This document shows positions 37,956 to 48,970 of a DNA stretch of 64,000 bases, piece by piece. Within the stretch, counting starts at the first letter, position 1, and the number at the start of each line of letters is the position of its first letter. The position numbers and the translations under genes are program-made. The notes beneath the pieces are model-generated. The model did not search any database and had not been told where the DNA came from. It saw only the letters and a list, made by a program, of their open reading frames with translations. This stretch comes from Pristiophorus japonicus. Its lineage: Eukaryota. The DNA is taken from assembly GCF_044704955.1 (NCBI RefSeq), contig NC_091991.1, positions 36,084,001-36,148,000 on the forward strand, read 5' to 3'.

Positions 37956-38654
37956 CTACGCAGCTTGATTGTGCAGGGATCCTCCCCGGACGACGAACCC
38001 ATTCTGAATGAGTGGCAACCCTTTTTGATAGATACGGGAGCCTTCATGTCTTCTGTACAATCAAAGCTTAAACTCCCTGCTTCTACTGAAACACAGGAAC
38101 TTTCAGGATTCCTGGGACAAATCTCGACATTCCCAGTGTCAGAACCGGTTAAAATGGGTTACCAGGAAGAATCGGTGGAACATCGAGTTGTTATCACAAC
38201 CAATCTGGACTGTAACTTGATGGCTAGAGACCTCCTTTGCAAATTCCAGTTGCATTTGGAGTGTGGAGATAACGGGATTATTGTAAAACAGGAAACCCTT
38301 AAGCGGCAGTATTATACCACTAGAACCCCTCAGTGGTGGTCTCTGGACCTGCCGCAGGCACCCTGTCACGTGACCCTAGCATACGATCCCAGTGGAAAGA
38401 ATCAGGTCCTGCAGAACTTTTATCAGGATCACGAAGGGGAAGTGAAGGGAATTCTATTAAGGGCTAGAGTGACTGGACTGGAAAGAGAGGCAGATTTTGT
38501 GGAAGTGGATAAGAATCTGTGGAAACAGCCCCTAACAATGGCACCGCATATTGCTTGTGAAGTATTAGCCCCTCACCATGCTAAAGATTTGGGAGTTATG
38601 GTACGCAAGGCCATAGATGAGGCTGACCCTACCAGCCGGGATGTGCAAATTTAA
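37956..38654 (+). pseudogene. pol: ERV protease followed by a 2H phosphoesterase-like domain
   Basis: FLIDTGA aspartyl protease motif; then HVTLAY (38367) and PHIAC (38547), 60 aa apart. Confidence 0.75.
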
Positions 38655-40130
38655 TGGGGACCCCGAGAAAGTATTAACAACTCTACAGCATCATACTGGC
38701 TCCGGCATACCTGACTATGTGTGGGCAGAGAACCCCTCCCAAGTGGGTTATACTCCCATTGATCCGATTGAGATCTCAGTGCAGGGCAATCCGACAGAAC
38801 CCACTGAAATCACAGGCAATCCTAAAATGACTTTTTGGCACTATACTGCAATTAATCCGGCCTGTTTTCTTACTGAGCCACCCCAAGATGAGGAAGAACC
38901 CAGTCATGATTGTTTATGTTTGTTCACGGAAGTACTTCTATTAATCCAGAAGATACACGAATCTCAGGATACGCCATAGTAAACCAGGAGAATCAGGTCT
39001 TGGAATCTGCTGCTTTGAAACCGCCTATTCTGCTCAACAAGCTCAACAATTCGCCCTCACCCAAGCCTGTATCTTGGCCAAAGATCTCAAAGTCAATATC
39101 TATACCGACTCTAGGTATGCCTTTGGGGTGGCGCATGATTTCGGACAATTATGGAAAAATAGGGGATTCCTAACCTGACAGGGGAATGAGATATCTCATA
39201 AACAGTTAGTATCTGATTTGTTGCAAGCCCTCATGTTCCCCAAACGCATTGCCATTGTACCAAGAGGCCAAACAGGCCTCTCGTGACCAACAGATGGTAG
39301 TGCCCAAAATTATGAGTCAGATTAAAAATCCTGCAAAGGATAAGTTAGCCTCGGAAAAACCAATGCCAACCATCCAAGATGTTATAAAAGCACAGGGGGA
39401 CGCTCCTGAAAAAGATAAACTGTTGTGGAAATATTATGCATGTACTTATGACAATGTTTCTAAACTCTGGACCACTCCCGCGGAACAGACTTGCATGTCT
39501 GACGAGTTGGCCTCATGGGTTATAGAATGTCTGCATTTTGCTACTCATTGTGGAGCAAGGGCAACAAGTGATACACTTTTGGCTACTTGGTGGCACCCTA
39601 AACTCCAGGCGCTCACCCAGAACATCAGTAGTCGTTGCCTGGTTGGCCAGCAACATAATCCAGGGAAGGGAGTCCCCTGTGATTGGGGTAAAACGCCCCT
39701 ACCCGAAGGTCCCTTTGAGACATTTTAGTTGGACTACATTGAGTTGCAAAAAGTTCAGTGTTACAGATATGTGTTAGTAATAGTAGATGTGTTTAGCAGA
39801 TGGATTGAAGCCTACCCTAACCTGGACAATAAGACTCAGACTGTTGTTAAGGTGTTAATGAGGGAAATTGTTCCTAGATATGAGATCTCAGCTAGACTGA
39901 TGACCACCTATGTTCTTTCTCTGACTCAGGCTCTGCGACTAGTTCACAACCAGGTTCAAGATGCTTACCCGAATAGTCCCTCGTGGCACCAGGGAAGTAT
40001 GGATTCGGAAGGGATTAGAGCCACAATAGGAGGGGCCTTTTTAGGTGTCACTCACTACCCCCACTGCAGCCAAGGTTGAGGGGAAAAGTGTCTGGGTTCA
40101 CCTGCACCACTGCAAGCTCATCACCATTTA
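38655..40130 (+). pseudogene. pol: ERV pol remnant: RT start, RT core missing, RNase H, partial integrase
   Basis: VWAENPSQVG jumps to INPACFL..HDC; RNase H NIYTDSRYAFGVAHDFG; integrase HHCC region and DYIEL..VIVDVFSRWIEAYP. Confidence 0.8.
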
Positions 40131-40304
40131 AACAAATTTTGCTGGTTAGTCTAATTCCTGTTTCTGTTCCAGATCTCCTCCTCCCTATAGCTGAACAAGG
40201 CAGTTGAAGGAGGATCAGTTTGACCAAATACACTGACGGAGACCTGAAGGGAAACGTGAAAACAGAACTCTTTTTATCAGCTAAATAATTGGACTATTTA
40301 TAAG

Positions 40305-41028
40305 ATGAGATTGTGTCTGTATGCTACTGTCTGCATAATAGTGTTGATATATGACAGTTTTGGTGCACGGGAAGGAAGACAAAGGCGAGAGCTCCATGTA
40401 AACACCTTTTTGTATATGTCTTACGTTTATGCGGAAAAAGGGCACTTCACTAGATGCTGGGTGTGTTCACATATCCCTATACATTCCAAAGGGGGAATTC
40501 CTTTGCGCACCGTTCCCCTGACCCTAACTGAGACTGTTAGATGGATTCAAAGAAACGATATTGGAACAGGTAGCTCACCGCACTGCTGAGGCTCTGGAGG
40601 GCATCACAGCTGAAATGGTAGCGATAAGGACCGTAGCATTACAAAACCGAATGGCCCTCGATTACCTGTTAGCTGAGAAAGGGGGAACGTGTGCCCTGAT
40701 AGGATCTGAATGTTGCACTTACATTCCTGATAGTTCAGAAAACATAACCCACCTTGCCGATCACATAAGGAGGGAGGTGAAAAAGTTATCCACACCAGCA
40801 AAAGAACTTAGCAGGTTTGATTGGTTTCTGGGTGGATCTTGGAGATCCTATCTAATACATGGGGCAATTGTTCTCATCATAATAATTACCTGCTGTTTGA
40901 TTGTTGGTTGCCTTAACCTCTGCTGTAAAGCAATGACAAGGTTAGCAGACCCTCTTGTGGTCAAGGGTTCCCGGGTTATGATCCAACAAACTAGAGAACT
41001 ACTCAACAATGCAATACTCATAGAATGA
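40305..41028 (+). pseudogene. env: ERV env remnant (most of SU deleted)
   Basis: Hydrophobic N-terminus, CWVC (CXXC) motif, then out-of-frame TM with ISD LQNRMALDYLLAEKGGTC, CX6CC and a membrane span. Confidence 0.88.
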
Positions 41029-41063
41029 TCCTAAATGTTATCATAGAATGATAAAAGGGGGGA

Positions 41064-41613
41064 TGTGGATATCTGAACGGAATATATGGAATTAAGGACA
41101 GTAAAGTAAACGGGATATATGAAAATGTATAAGCCATGGAAGAATAGCTGGGAGAATGTCAGATTGCAAATAGTGCAACATCAGCATAGCTAACAGTCTG
41201 TCTCAAGGCTTCAAGTCACTAATCCTGCCAATAATATATAATTGTAACATGAAATACATCTGCAGAATTGCAAGGTCTCAGTAAATAGTCACACCATTAG
41301 ATTGAAACATTTGGAGGCAATACTTGAGCTTTCAAGAAGAACATCTCATATAGATTGACTAATGAGTGGCTGAGTTAGACTGTCAATCCATTTGTATTTT
41401 GTTATCTGATTTCAAAACTGTATAACTGTTAACGCTTTACGATGTAACTTCACCTATCCGTAGGGAGTGTGTACGCTCTATCCAGAGAGTATACCTTCTG
41501 TCTGATAGGTCTTACTGGCCGGTAATAAAGACTGCTTTGTTCAAAGCACAAGAGGTATTCGACTCAGTAATTTTACTGAACCAGATTGAAGTAAAAGAAT
41601 CCAGGAATTAACA
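41064..41613 (+). repeat. ERV 3' LTR
   Basis: Follows the PPT; same 550-bp sequence as the 5' LTR, with two substitutions seen by eye. Confidence 0.95.
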
Positions 41614-41723
41614 CGTGGAGTGGACGGAGCAAGCCCCTGGTCCATCTCCCTGTTCCAAAAATCAATTTAATATTTGGTCCCCAGATAGGGGACATATCAG
41701 ATATTAAACTAACAAGAACAGAT
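41614..41723 (-). pseudogene. U2 snRNA-derived segment, U2 nt ~38-147
   Basis: Minus sense atctgttcttgttagtttaatatctgatatgtcccctatctggggacc...gatttttggaacagggagatgg...gcttgctccgtccactccacg matches vertebrate U2, including the Sm site; continues at 34135 across the ERV. Confidence 0.92.
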
Positions 41724-42083
41724 TTAAAAAAATTTTTTTTTTTAATTCATAGCCAATCGTTCCAATTCTTTGTCAAATCACAAACGCCAGAGGTCACCTT
41801 GCACACATCAAGGATCACTCTGCGCCAATGCTCTTAGCCAAAAGGCCTAGAGCCACTGCACCGTTCCTGGAAGTACTGCAATACCAGGTTCGTGCCATGG
41901 AGGTGGATGGGTCAGGCCCCCCACACACCTCGTGGAGGTGGATGGGTCAAGCCACCCCATCCACATCCTATTTCCAAAAAAGCAAGCATATACCTTCCTG
42001 ATCCAGGGAGAACCACCTTGGGGTTATGGTGGTTACTCCCCTGTCAGGTCAGTTACGCATGATCTTAGCCAAAAGGCCGAGAA
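41724..42083 (-). mobile_element. Chimeric U2/U1 snRNA-derived SINE-like element with tail and poly(A)
   Basis: Minus sense: U2 5' (42083-42060), U1 5'-like (42054-42003), diverged U2 3' half, second U2 5'-like block (41852-41829), ~90-nt tail, A11. Confidence 0.78.
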
Positions 42084-42330
42084 CCTCACGATTCACAGAA
42101 TAGAATGCCTTTACCAGGCCAACAAAAACCACACAGAGATTCTGATACTCCTCCTTACACGTTTCCTGGATTTGGCGGGCTGAGAAAATCATGTCAGATG
42201 TTACGCAAAATAAAAGCTTTTGACATCGGAAGCAAAATAGACAGCAATGCTGATCACATTTATTTTTGTAAGAATAATCTAATCGTCATTATATTTGAAC
42301 TGCTTTGTGACATTTCTGAGAGGCTTGATA
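42084..42330 (-). mobile_element. Old RTE LINE RT fragment (upstream half)
   Basis: Minus strand reads TSDMIFSARQIQETCKEEYQNLCVVFVGLVKAFYSVNRE, matching RTE DMIFxxRQxQEKCxE...FxDLxKAFDxVNR. Confidence 0.78.
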
Positions 42331-43054
42331 AAGCAACATGCAAATGTGAGTCTTAATTGCTTTGTTGATTGGTCGGTTTAATCGACAGCCAGACCTTTCT
42401 CCCTGTTGATGCAATAAGCTGCAAGTTGTCATTTTGACTTTAATTAAACACTGATAATAAAATCAACTTATAACTGGTATTTGAACATTAAGTATGCTGT
42501 ACGATTTACACAGAAATCTGCAGTAAAAACATTTAATAGTAGAAATGATATTTCCCTGTTTCAGGTTTCTTCTCAAAACTGAAGCAGATAAAATAAAAGA
42601 AGCTCAAGTGCTCCCTCTACCAGCCTCATGGCTCACAGCACCATTGTTCCCTGTGCAGTACAGGTATTAACATTTAGAACTAAGTAACATGTTACAGCAG
42701 TGACCCGCATGATTCAACATACAATCTTGTTTACTCCTCGAATCCATATGGTGATGTGGTAAATAGTATACAAAATGTCTTCGCTGTAAATTCACTGAAG
42801 ATTTTCTGTTATTGAGGTAAATTACATTGAAAACACAACATTGTCAGTTAAATATGATGTCCATGTCATTTGCAATTTTATTAGAGCAATTCAGTATTTG
42901 CCAAGAATCCACAGATTGATGAGCTGTTTAGTTATTGAATGTGGTGCAAGTCAGTAGATTAGAAATTGAAATTACAAAGCATGATGTATGGAATAATTGC
43001 ATTTAGCCTAGTGTAAAACTTGTCAGAAGTATTCGCCTAATTGAAAGACACCAA

Positions 43055-43926
43055 GGGACCGAAATTGCCCCCCACTGGAAGCAGGGCGCGCGCGGGGCCG
43101 TTTCTGTTCTTTTCACCACCACAGTGGATGAGGTGGCCTCTTGAGCAAAATTATGCTCTTTGTGGCTTTATTTTCCGGCGCTCATAATGGGGGTGGTTGT
43201 GCAACGGAGAGCACACTTGAGGGACTGAAGTTGGGAGGTGGTGGGGGGGGGGGGGGGAAGGGGGGGGGTGGAGTTGCTGCCACTGTCAGTCATCAGCACA
43301 GTGCCGATAATGTCATCACGGCACCGCATCACCACGGCTCTCCCCTTCACTTAAAGGGGAGAGCCTGCACGCTTTTTATAGTCTGGTCCACTGGGCCACC
43401 AGGGAGGGTTTTGGCTGGGTCAGCGGCCTGGCACCCAATAAGGGGTGCTAGGCTGCCTGTTGGCGCCCCGGCCGAACCCGGGGCATAATTGTCGGCCCGA
43501 CATGGCAGTCGGCCGACAAGAAAAACATGGTGGCAGTGGCAGTGCGTCCTCCCCTTTAATAGGAGCCGCACCGCCATTTTAGAAGGCCACAGCCTCACTG
43601 CACCATCTCAAAAAAGCAGGTTTTGACACCGCCCGGCAGGAGAAAGATTTTCTCGGCGGAATTTCGCCATTGGCGAGGGGGGGGGGACATCGGCAGTGTG
43701 CACGCTGATGACGCACTTAGAACGGCTCGGCAGCAACGGAGCGGGATGAGGGAGTGGTGTGGGGGGGGGAGGGGTGGGTGGGGGCGGGTCACTGCCGGGA
43801 TACCACAGGAGCGGAATTTTGATAATGGCGGCCATTACACGAAAAATTGTCGGCCATCGCACTCTGCAGCATGGCCGCTGATTTCCGGTGTTAACAAGCC
43901 TAAAGGGAAGGGGCAATTTCAGCCCC
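43055..43926. mobile_element. Non-autonomous Harbinger-like DNA transposon
   Basis: TIRs gggaccgaaattgcccc / ggggcaatttcagcccc; 3-bp TSD CAA. Confidence 0.75.
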
Positions 43927-44023
43927 CAAATGAGTTAAATTATTATATTTGAGGATTGGCAGCTATATGGATGAAAATATTAATTATAATCATGTTTCCT
44001 ATTCCCTTCTAGATAGAGATAAT

Positions 44024-44758
44024 GGCTTTAAAATTCCAGCCTCCCCAGGTCCGCACGGAGTGTGTACGGACCTGGGAAGGCATTGCAAAAAACGATTTAC
44101 GGCGTGCGATGCGCATGTGCCGAAAGCAGGCTTTTCCAATCTATTAAGTTTCTGGCTTGACAGATCCAACGCATCTCGGGGAGAAGGACATTCCCACGGC
44201 AGAGATTGCGCTATTTTCCCATGTCTTGCCCAGCGAATGTCCTTGCGCCTGGTAAAAGCAGGTGAAGTGCATAGCCTACTTTTTATCAGCGTAAGAGTTT
44301 TAAAACATATCAAAAACATAAAAATAAAATTTTAAAATACATATTTATGTTAAAAACCCTGCCCACTCAGGTAATTTTATTTTAAACCATAAATAAAACT
44401 TTTTTTTTAAATCGCCAAATATTTTTTCAAAAACATTTCTATCAACTTTAATTTCTATAATGTATTTATGTGAGGTGTTTAAAAAAAAAATATATGTAGT
44501 GTTTGGGTGTTTGGGGGTGCTTCTCATCATAGTAATAGGAGTTTCAGACTATGAATGAGAAAATACTTTACCGTGATTGGGTGTCCAGGCCTATGTGACT
44601 CCTACGGACGTCCCAACGTGAACGTGCTCCGTTGCGCAAGAAGAGGAGGCCTCAAGTCCGGAATCTCTGGTGAGCGTTCGACCAAAAGGTAGGTGCGCAT
44701 CTTCTCTCCTATTTTTAGTTGAACGCCTGCGGGAAGAAGAAACCGGGATTTCAGGCCC
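44024..44758. mobile_element. Non-autonomous Harbinger-like DNA transposon (inverted relative to 2600-3269 and 48971-49615)
   Basis: AAT|ggctttaaaattcc ... gggatttcaggccc|AAT; internal sequence is the reverse complement of the other two copies. Confidence 0.6.
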
Positions 44759-45526
44759 AATAATATGATCTGCTCATAAAGCATGATTAGTTACAAATGT
44801 GCAGTATTATTGAGTGGTAGGATGAAATTCAGCACCAGAATTCCCTTCACAGCATTTCTGATTCCCTACAGGAAGAAGGGAAAACTTAAGGACTGTTTGC
44901 ATGTATTTCCTAATATGGTCTTGGCAGAGGGTTGTGAACAAGTTGCCTATGCATCATCTTGGTATGTTGTATGTTGTACAGGAATAGCTTAAAGAATGGA
45001 AGAAAATAAAAGTAAATAAATACAATTATACAAATATAATTATTTGTTAAGCCGCCTCCACGTCAGTGCATCGTTTATTGGTCTTCCCAATGTTTAATTG
45101 GAGTAAATGTCCGCTCATCCAGTACTGGATGTCGCACAAGCAGCCCAAGAACACAATGACAATGGAAAGGTTGAAAGAGGTGGTAATGAGGTAGAGCTGA
45201 GTGTCGTCAGATTATTTGTGGAACTTGAAATTGTGTTTTCGGATGATGTCGCCAGGGGATAGCATGTTGATGAAATATAGGAGGGGGCCAAGGATACATC
45301 CTTGGGGCCTCCAAAAGAAATGGTGCCAGAGCAGGGAGAGTGCATAATCAGCTTCCTTTGTGCCATGTATGACTCCAGCCACTGGAGAATTTTCCACCTG
45401 ATCCTCATTGACTTCAGATTTACTAAGGCCCCTAGGTGCACACTGGGTTGAATTCAGCCTTTATGCCAATGACAGTCAATCTCACCTCACCTCTGGAATT
45501 CAGCTTTTGTGTCTGTGTTTGGACTC

Positions 45527-46015
45527 ATTCATTCATAGGCAGTCCCTCGAATCGAGGAAGACTTGCTTCCACTCTGTAAGTGAGTTCTCAGGTGACTGAA
45601 CAGTCCAATTCTGGAATTACAGTCTCTATCGGAGGTGGAACAGACCTCCGGAGGAAAGGGTGGGTGGTGAGGCTGGTTTGCCGCACGTTCCTTCTGCTAC
45701 CTGCGCTTGTTTTCTGCATGCTCTCGGCATCGAGACCCGAGGTGCTCAGCGCCCTCCCGGATGCTCTTCCTCCAATTATGGTGGTCTTTGGCCAAGGATT
45801 CCCAGGTGTCAGCGAGGGTGGTGCACTTTATCAAGGAGGCTTTGAGGGTGTCCTTGAAACATTTTCTCTGCCAACCTGGGGCCCGCTTGTTGTGTAGGAG
45901 TTCCGATTGGAGCGCTTGCTTTGGGAGTCTTGTGTCCGGCATGCGGACGATGTGGCCCGCCCAACGGAGCTGGTCGAATGTGATCAGTGCTTCGATGCTG
46001 GGGATTTTGGCCTGA
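45527..46015 (-). mobile_element. RTE-clade LINE 3' end
   Basis: Minus ORF MPDTRLPKQALQSELLHNKRAPG..FKDTLKASL; tail rc cataggcagtccctcgaatcgaggaagacttgcttccac. Confidence 0.85.
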
Positions 46016-46261
46016 TCGAGAAAAATGGTGCGTTTGGACTAAGGCTGTATTGAGGCCTGGAGTCGAGTAACCTTGGCAGAACCCAATCTGAGTATAAGTG
46101 AGAAGGTTATTGGTGAGCAAGTGTTGTTTGATAGCACCTTTGACAACTCCTTCCATCACTTTGCTAATAATTGAGTGTAGGTCAATAGAGTGGTACTTGA
46201 ATTTGTCCTGCCTTTTATGGACAAGACATTCCTGGGCAATTTTCGGGTAGATGCTAATGTT

Positions 46262-48232
46262 ACATAAGAACATTAGAAATAGGAGTAGGAGTAGGCCATT
46301 TCACCCCTCAAGCCTGCTCTGCCATTCAATAAGATCATGGAAGATCTGATCTTGGGCTTAGCTCCACTTCCCTGCCCGCTCCCCATAACTGTTCACTCCC
46401 TTATCGCTCAGAAATCTGTCTCTCTCCATCTTAAATATGTTCCTCCACAGCTCACTGGGGCAGAGAAGTCCACAGATTTACAACCCTCTGAGAGAAGAAA
46501 TTCCTCCTCATCTCAGTTTTAAATGGCTGATGGTGGTTTTTGCGACTGGAGGGATGTTTCCAGTGGGTTTCTGCAGGGCTCAGTACTAGGTCCCTTGCTT
46601 TTTCTGATAAACATCAATGATCTAGACTTAAATATAGGGGGTATGATTAAGAAGTTTACAGATGATACTAAAATCGGCTGTGTGGTTGATAATGAAGAAG
46701 AAAGCTGCAGAATGCAGGATATATCAATCAATTAGTCAGGTGGGCAGAACAGTGGTAAATGGAATTTAATCCAGAGAAGCGTGAGGTAATGCATTTGGGG
46801 AGGGCTAACAAGGAAAGGGAATACACATTAAATGGTAGGATACTGAGAAGTGACTAGGAACAAAGGGACTTTGGAGTGCATGCCAACAGATCCCTGAAAG
46901 TAGCAGGCCAGGTAGATAAGGTGGTTAAGGCGGCATACGGAATGCTTGCCTTTATTAACAGAGGCATAGAATACAAGAGCAGTGAGGTTATGCTTGAACT
47001 GTATAAAACACTGGTTAGGCCACAGCTAGAGTACTGTGGCAGTTCTGGTCACCGCATTACAGGAGGGACATGATTGCACTGGAGAGGGTACAGAGGAGAT
47101 TTACGAGGATGTTGCCAGGAGTGCAGAATCTAAGCTATGAGGACAGATTGGAAAGAGGAGGCTGAGGGGAGACCTCATTGAGGTGTATAAAATTATGAGG
47201 GGCCTAGATATCCTAGATAGAAAGGGCCTATTTCCCTTAGCAGAGGGTCAACAATCAGGTGGCATAAATTTAACGTAATTGGTAGAAGGTTTAGAGGGGA
47301 TTTGAGGGTAAATTTATTTATGCAGAAGGCTGTGGGGGTCTGGAACTCACTGCTTGAAAGGGTGGTAGAGGTAGAAACCCTCACCACATTTAAAAAGTAC
47401 TTGGATGTGCATCTGAAGTGCTGTAACCTACAGGGTTATGGACCTAGAGCTGGAAAGTGGGATTAGGCTGGATAGCCTCTTGTTGGCTGGCATGGAGACA
47501 ATGGGCCGAAATGGCCTCCTTCCGTATTATAAACTTCTATGATTCTATGCTTCTATGAACCCCTTATTCTGAAACTACGCCCCTAGTTCTAGATTCCGTT
47601 AGAGGGGAAGCATCCTCTCTGCATCCACCTTGTCAAGCCTCCTCTGTATCTTATATGTTTCAATAAGATCACCTCCCATTCTTCGAAACTCCAATGAGTA
47701 TAGGCCCAGCCTACTCAATTTTTCCTCATGTCAACCCCTTCATCTCAGGAATCAACTTAGTGAATCTTCTCTGAACTGCCTCCAATGCAAGTATAACCTT
47801 CCTTAAATAAGGAGCCCAAAACTGTATGCAGTACTCTAGGTGTGGCCTCACCAATACCCTGTACAGTTGTAGCAGGACTTCTTTGCTTTTATACTCCATT
47901 GCCCTTGCAATAAAGGCTAACATTCCCTTTGCCTTCCTGATTACTTGCTGTACCTGCATGCTAACTTTTTGTGTTTCATGCACAAGGATCCCCAGGTCCC
48001 TCTGTACTGCAGCATTTTGTAATTTCTCTCCATTTAAATAATAATTTGCTTTTTTATTTTTCCTGCCAAAGTGGATAACCTCACATTTTCCCACATTATA
48101 TTCCATCTGCCAAATGTTTGCCCACTCACTTAGTCTGTCAATATCCCTTTGAAGATTTTTTGTGTCCTCACAACTTGCTTGTATCATCAGCAATGTTTGT
48201 ATCATCAGCAAACTTGGCTACATTACACTCGG
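46262..48232 (-). mobile_element. CR1 LINE 3' fragment, interrupted by an opposite-strand CR1
   Basis: Minus ORF 47726..48211 (LQRDIDRLSEWANIWQMEYN); sequence ...cagttttaaatgg (46525) resumes as accccttattctg (~47560). Confidence 0.8.
46523..47558 (+). mobile_element. CR1 LINE 3' fragment (nested)
   Basis: QGSVLGPLLFLININDLD..KFTDDTKIG; CTATGATTCTATG tail. Confidence 0.82.
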
Positions 48233-48970
48233 CCCATGTTGTAGCTGTACTGGTACAATGTGGCTAGAGGCACAGCTAGTTCTGGAGCACAAGTCTTCAT
48301 CACTGCAGCTGAGATGTTGCTGGGACGCATAGCCTTCGTGTTTCCATTGCACTCAGCCATTTTTTGAAGTTACGTGGAGTGAACTGAATTGACCAAAGAC
48401 TGGCATCTGTGATTTGGGGAATTCAGGAGGATGCCAAGAAGGACCAATTACTCAGCACTTCTGTACTCACATATAGGACAGAAGATTGTGAGGGGTGTGG
48501 CTATGATTTCTCAATAAGCACTTCCAGCATGGAAGGCTCCATGTTGGGAAAATGCATTCAGAAAATAGTCCCTCTTGAATATTGTGTCCAGTTTTGATCA
48601 TTGAAACACAAAGGGAATAAGTTTGTAGTATGAGCAGGTAGTTGAGGAAAATTGCTTCAAATTAAACTGCAGGCGTAGGAAATAAATGGAAAATGTAGAA
48701 CTGACATCTTAATACGAAGACTGAAGAATGGACTTCCAGGTAAAGTAGTGGAGGCAGAAACCCCGGAATAATTTAAGAAACTATTAAATGCCATGAGGGC
48801 GGGAGACTGTAAGATCGTCTTGGATAGATGAGCTAAGGTGGCTTATTTCATCTTGTGATCTGTAAGATGGTTTTCTGTATGAAAGAAGGCATTCCAGATG
48901 TTACAGATTGCTGTTTTTAGCCTGTTCTTAAAATCTCACAGACTTAAAAAAATTTCCTAAAATCTACATT

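Larger units (their letters stand above)
34136..41613 (+). mobile_element. Endogenous retrovirus (epsilon/gamma-type env), internally deleted, recent
   Basis: 550-bp TG...CA LTRs, 4-bp TSD CGTG (34132-34135 and 41614-41617), PBS, PPT aaaagggggga, gag/pro/RNase H/IN/env remnants. Confidence 0.95.

Noticed and set aside
40305-41028. Domesticated syncytin-like env gene
   Set aside because: Most of SU and the fusion peptide region are deleted and the SU and TM parts are out of frame; it lies in a recent provirus.
41614-41723. Functional U2 snRNA gene
   Set aside because: Split by an ERV, 5' end displaced, ~8-nt deletion in the 3' stem-loop, and embedded in a LINE without evident snRNA promoter context.
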